The notes below the pieces were generated by a model. That model did not search any database. It saw nothing but the letters and a program-made list of their open reading frames with translations, and was not told where the DNA came from. Made by a program: the position numbers and the translations under genes. This document shows positions 62,809 to 64,000 of a DNA stretch of 64,000 nucleotides, one piece after another (positions within the stretch are counted from its first letter, which is position 1; the number at the start of each line of letters is the position of its first letter). Source of the DNA: Minisyncoccota bacterium. Lineage in GTDB: Bacteria > Patescibacteriota > Minisyncoccia > Phycocordibacterales > UBA9973. The stretch is from NCBI GenBank assembly GCA_035714785.1, contig DASTLQ010000011.1, forward strand, positions 6,124 to 70,123. Reading direction: 5' to 3'.

Positions 62809-64000
62809 ATGAGTTTTTTGGAAGAGCTGGCAAAAAAAGGCTTTATCAATCAAGGCCAAATAGATGACATAAAAATTTTGGCGCGTGACAAACACGCGGG
62901 GAATGTTGAAGAAGCATTAAAAGAGCTCGGCCTACCAGGCGACAAACTACTTGCTGTAAAAGGAGAGTATTTAAAAATTCCTGTTCGAAAAGTGAATACC
63001 GCTGAAATGTCTTTTGACGCGCTTAAATTTATCCCCGAGGATTCCGCTTCATACTATCATTTTGTTCCGATTGAGCTTAAAAATGGAGTGCTTGAGGTTG
63101 GAATTACGGATCCAGAAAATGTACAAGCGATGGATGCTCTTCAGTTTATTTCCGCAAAGTCAGGAGTGCCTTTTAAGGCATATTTGATTTCTCAAGAAGA
63201 CTATAAGACCATAATAGAAAGTTATAGAGGAATTACCAGTCAGGTAGAAGAAGCTCTCGAGGAGCTTGGTCAAGAAGAGAAAGAAACAAAAAGTTCTACG
63301 GAAGCAAAAACTCTCAGCAAGGAAATTAAAAAAGCAGGACAGGAAGAAGCAAAAATAGTTGAAGACGCTCCTGTCATAAAAATCGTGGCGGTGCTTCTAA
63401 AAAATGCTTTGAATGAAGGTGCATCGGACATCCACATAGAACACACCGGCGAGAAAGTGAAGGTGAGATTTCGTGTGGACGGTGTCTTGCGTACTGCCTT
63501 GGTATTGCCTCCAAACGTATACAACGGTATTGTGGCCCGGGTAAAAATTTTAGCAAAGCTACGATTGGACGAAAAACGAAAACCGCAAGACGGATCGTTT
63601 AGTACTGTAGTGGAAGAGAGAAAAATCGACTTCCGTGTTTCTACCATGCCATCTTACTATGGAGAAAAAGTGGTGATGCGTATTCTCGACGCCGAAAAAG
63701 GAGTGAAGGCGCTCGACCAGCTTGGTCTTTCAAAAAGAAATTTAAAAATTATTCGAGATGCTATCAATAAACCTTTCGGTTTGATTTTGATTACAGGTCC
63801 GACTGGATCCGGAAAATCTACCACTCTCTATTCCATGATGAATGAACTCGACAAAGAGGGCAACAATATTGTTTCTCTCGAAGATCCGGTTGAATACCAT
63901 ATGCCAGATATAAACCAGTCTCAGATGATGCCGGAGATCGGTTACACCTTTGCCTCGGGTCTGCGTTCTATTCTTCGACAAGACCCAGACGTGATCATGG
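62809..64000 (+). CDS. pilB: type IV pilus assembly ATPase PilB/GspE family (3' end beyond window)
   Basis: N1/N2 domains, then GLILITGPTGSGKSTTLYS Walker A. The ORF runs off the window end and is not in the ORF track (no stop). SD GGAGG upstream. Confidence 0.85.
   Translation, partial: MSFLEELAKKGFINQGQIDDIKILARDKHAGNVEEALKELGLPGDKLLAVKGEYLKIPVRKVNTAEMSFDALKFIPEDSASYYHFVPIELKNGVLEVGITDPENVQAMDALQFISAKSGVPFKAYLISQEDYKTIIESYRGITSQVEEALEELGQEEKETKSSTEAKTLSKEIKKAGQEEAKIVEDAPVIKIVAVLLKNALNEGASDIHIEHTGEKVKVRFRVDGVLRTALVLPPNVYNGIVARVKILAKLRLDEKRKPQDGSFSTVVEERKIDFRVSTMPSYYGEKVVMRILDAEKGVKALDQLGLSKRNLKIIRDAINKPFGLILITGPTGSGKSTTLYSMMNELDKEGNNIVSLEDPVEYHMPDINQSQMMPEIGYTFASGLRSILRQDPDVIM

Overview
Gene-dense, AT-rich 64 kb window from what looks like a small-genome bacterium, probably Candidate Phyla Radiation/Patescibacteria. 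It is dominated by housekeeping and information-processing genes: pgk (partial), recJ, rnhA, glyA, tmk, dut, argS, ileS, recO, glyQS, metG, tatD, rpsF-ssb-rpsR, efp, recA, ftsK, gpmI, ndk, infC-rpmI-rplT, smpB, tmRNA, ftsH, recG, metK, two tRNAs, plus a natural-competence/type IV pilus set (comEC in two ORFs, comF, pilM-pilN-pilO-X-pilB, a VirD4/TraG-like ATPase). Two very large Thr/Gly/Ala-rich cell-surface proteins with peptidoglycan-binding domains are present. Five observations stand out. (1) A short palindromic repeat family with core GTAAGGGGWCCCCTTAC flanked by perfect DnaA-box 9-mers (TTATCCACA) occurs at about 15 loci, usually at gene boundaries. It even lies in-frame inside argS and comEC (RGPLTP peptide), sometimes supplies stop codons, and produces spurious MDNMQGDPLP N-terminal extensions in ORF calls. 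A second GC-rich hairpin family co-occurs with it. (2) IleRS carries an inserted ~200 aa histidine-phosphatase (PGM-like, RHGE..H) domain. (3) Non-coding elements: tmRNA after smpB, a SAM-I riboswitch upstream of metK, and a ~170 nt structured RNA candidate that has its own promoter and terminator. (4) tRNA-Ile(UAU) sits next to a frameshifted LAGLIDADG-like endonuclease gene. (5) A Lnu(A)/ANT(2'')-like nucleotidyltransferase lies right after tRNA-Ser. No CRISPR array, rRNA or obvious prophage was seen.
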